A stretch of 63,611 nucleotides of DNA, the filler included, from Octopus bimaculoides (Eukaryota), in the NCBI RefSeq assembly GCF_001194135.2. It is 6 parts of 4 records of this genome, joined end to end, with 100 filler letters (N's around TTAATTAATTAA, not from the genome) between each part and the next. Parts side by side here need not be neighbours in the genome. Positions count along the whole stretch, not along the records: positions 56,504 to 63,611 come from NC_069003.1; 5 more parts are not named here. One strand, given 5' to 3'. A program made the position numbers and the translations under genes. The notes under the pieces were generated by a model that made no database searches, was not told the DNA's origin, and was given only the letters and a program-made list of their open reading frames with translations. Shown in pieces: positions 62,863 through 63,611 of this stretch. Position 1 is the first letter of the stretch. Each line of letters begins with the position of its first letter.

Positions 62863-63611
62863 GTATACACACAACAAGAGAGAGTGCAGTTACAAAAGTA
62901 CCTGTAACCCTTCAAAGCTGTTTGCCGTTCTACATTTGTAACTGGAAGGTCATCACAGCGAACACTTGAAACCGTTACAACGAGCTTAGGCATTTCGTTG
63001 TCACCCGCAAAGTACATATGAGATCATGTGGTCTATACTTATCTTGGTTCGCAGGAAAAGAAGAACAAGAAGAAGATGAAGAACAAGAACAAGAAGAAGA
63101 AGAACAAAAAAAAAAACGAAGCGTGTGTTTTCGCATGCAACTGTATTTGGTAGAGTGCAAGGGTGGGCGTCTGTTGTCTGGGAGTTGTTTGTGTATGTGG
63201 ATATATGCGTGTGTATACGTGTGCGTATGTGTGTGTGTATGCAACTGCATGTGTATGTGAGTGTGTGTATGTATGTGCGAGTCAATCACTGGATTAAATT
63301 TTGTTTTCGTTTAGTTTTAAAAAGACAGTTTTTTCTTAAAAGCCTGTCTTTTTAAAAATAAATGAGAACAAGCGAAAAAGCAAAAACAAACACATAACCC
63401 TCCCCTCCACAACATCCCCCACCACATAAAAAATTCCGAATAACTACTGGCGACATCTGGTTTCTGTAATATGAAACAAAACGTGAGATAAAGGCTCCCT
63501 TGGATTGAATGCGAGACTCCTGAAGAGTTGCGTTTTTTTTTTTGTTTATTTTAATTTTATATGATTTTGTTTTTATTTTTACATTCTTTTTGGCCCCAGC
63601 TTAGAGAAGGG

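Noticed and set aside
62902-63017. Minus-strand ORF start MYFAGDNEMPKLVVTVSSVRCDDLPVTNVERQTALKGYR with CAG|GTACTT donor
   Set aside because: No homology recognised, and its phase is incompatible with the 58967 exon candidate in a coding frame.

Overview
AT-rich, microsatellite-dense animal genomic DNA from a gappy draft assembly (roughly 9-10 kb of N). The SINE repertoire and repeat style point to a coleoid cephalopod, most likely Octopus; this is inference from repeat recognition, not a database hit. No complete protein-coding gene, intact RNA gene, CRISPR array or recognisable novel multi-gene system is supported. Nearly all ORFs in the supplied track are translated microsatellites or N runs. 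The window contains about 30 tRNA-derived SINE copies of about five families (labelled A-E here as working names). It also holds decayed RTE LINE pieces, relics of DD41D (rosa) and DD37D (maT) Tc1/mariner transposases, a Chapaev3 transposase N-terminus, piggyBac, Tc2-like and mariner MITEs, and two long foldback palindromes. The most informative signal is a CpG-depleted domain (~28-39.4 kb) that looks like a methylated gene body. Its right edge sits next to a minus-strand TATA/YY1-like promoter at ~39.6 kb. There is a second promoter-like first exon at ~43 kb and several minus-strand candidate exons between 40 and 63 kb. The host gene(s) could not be identified.
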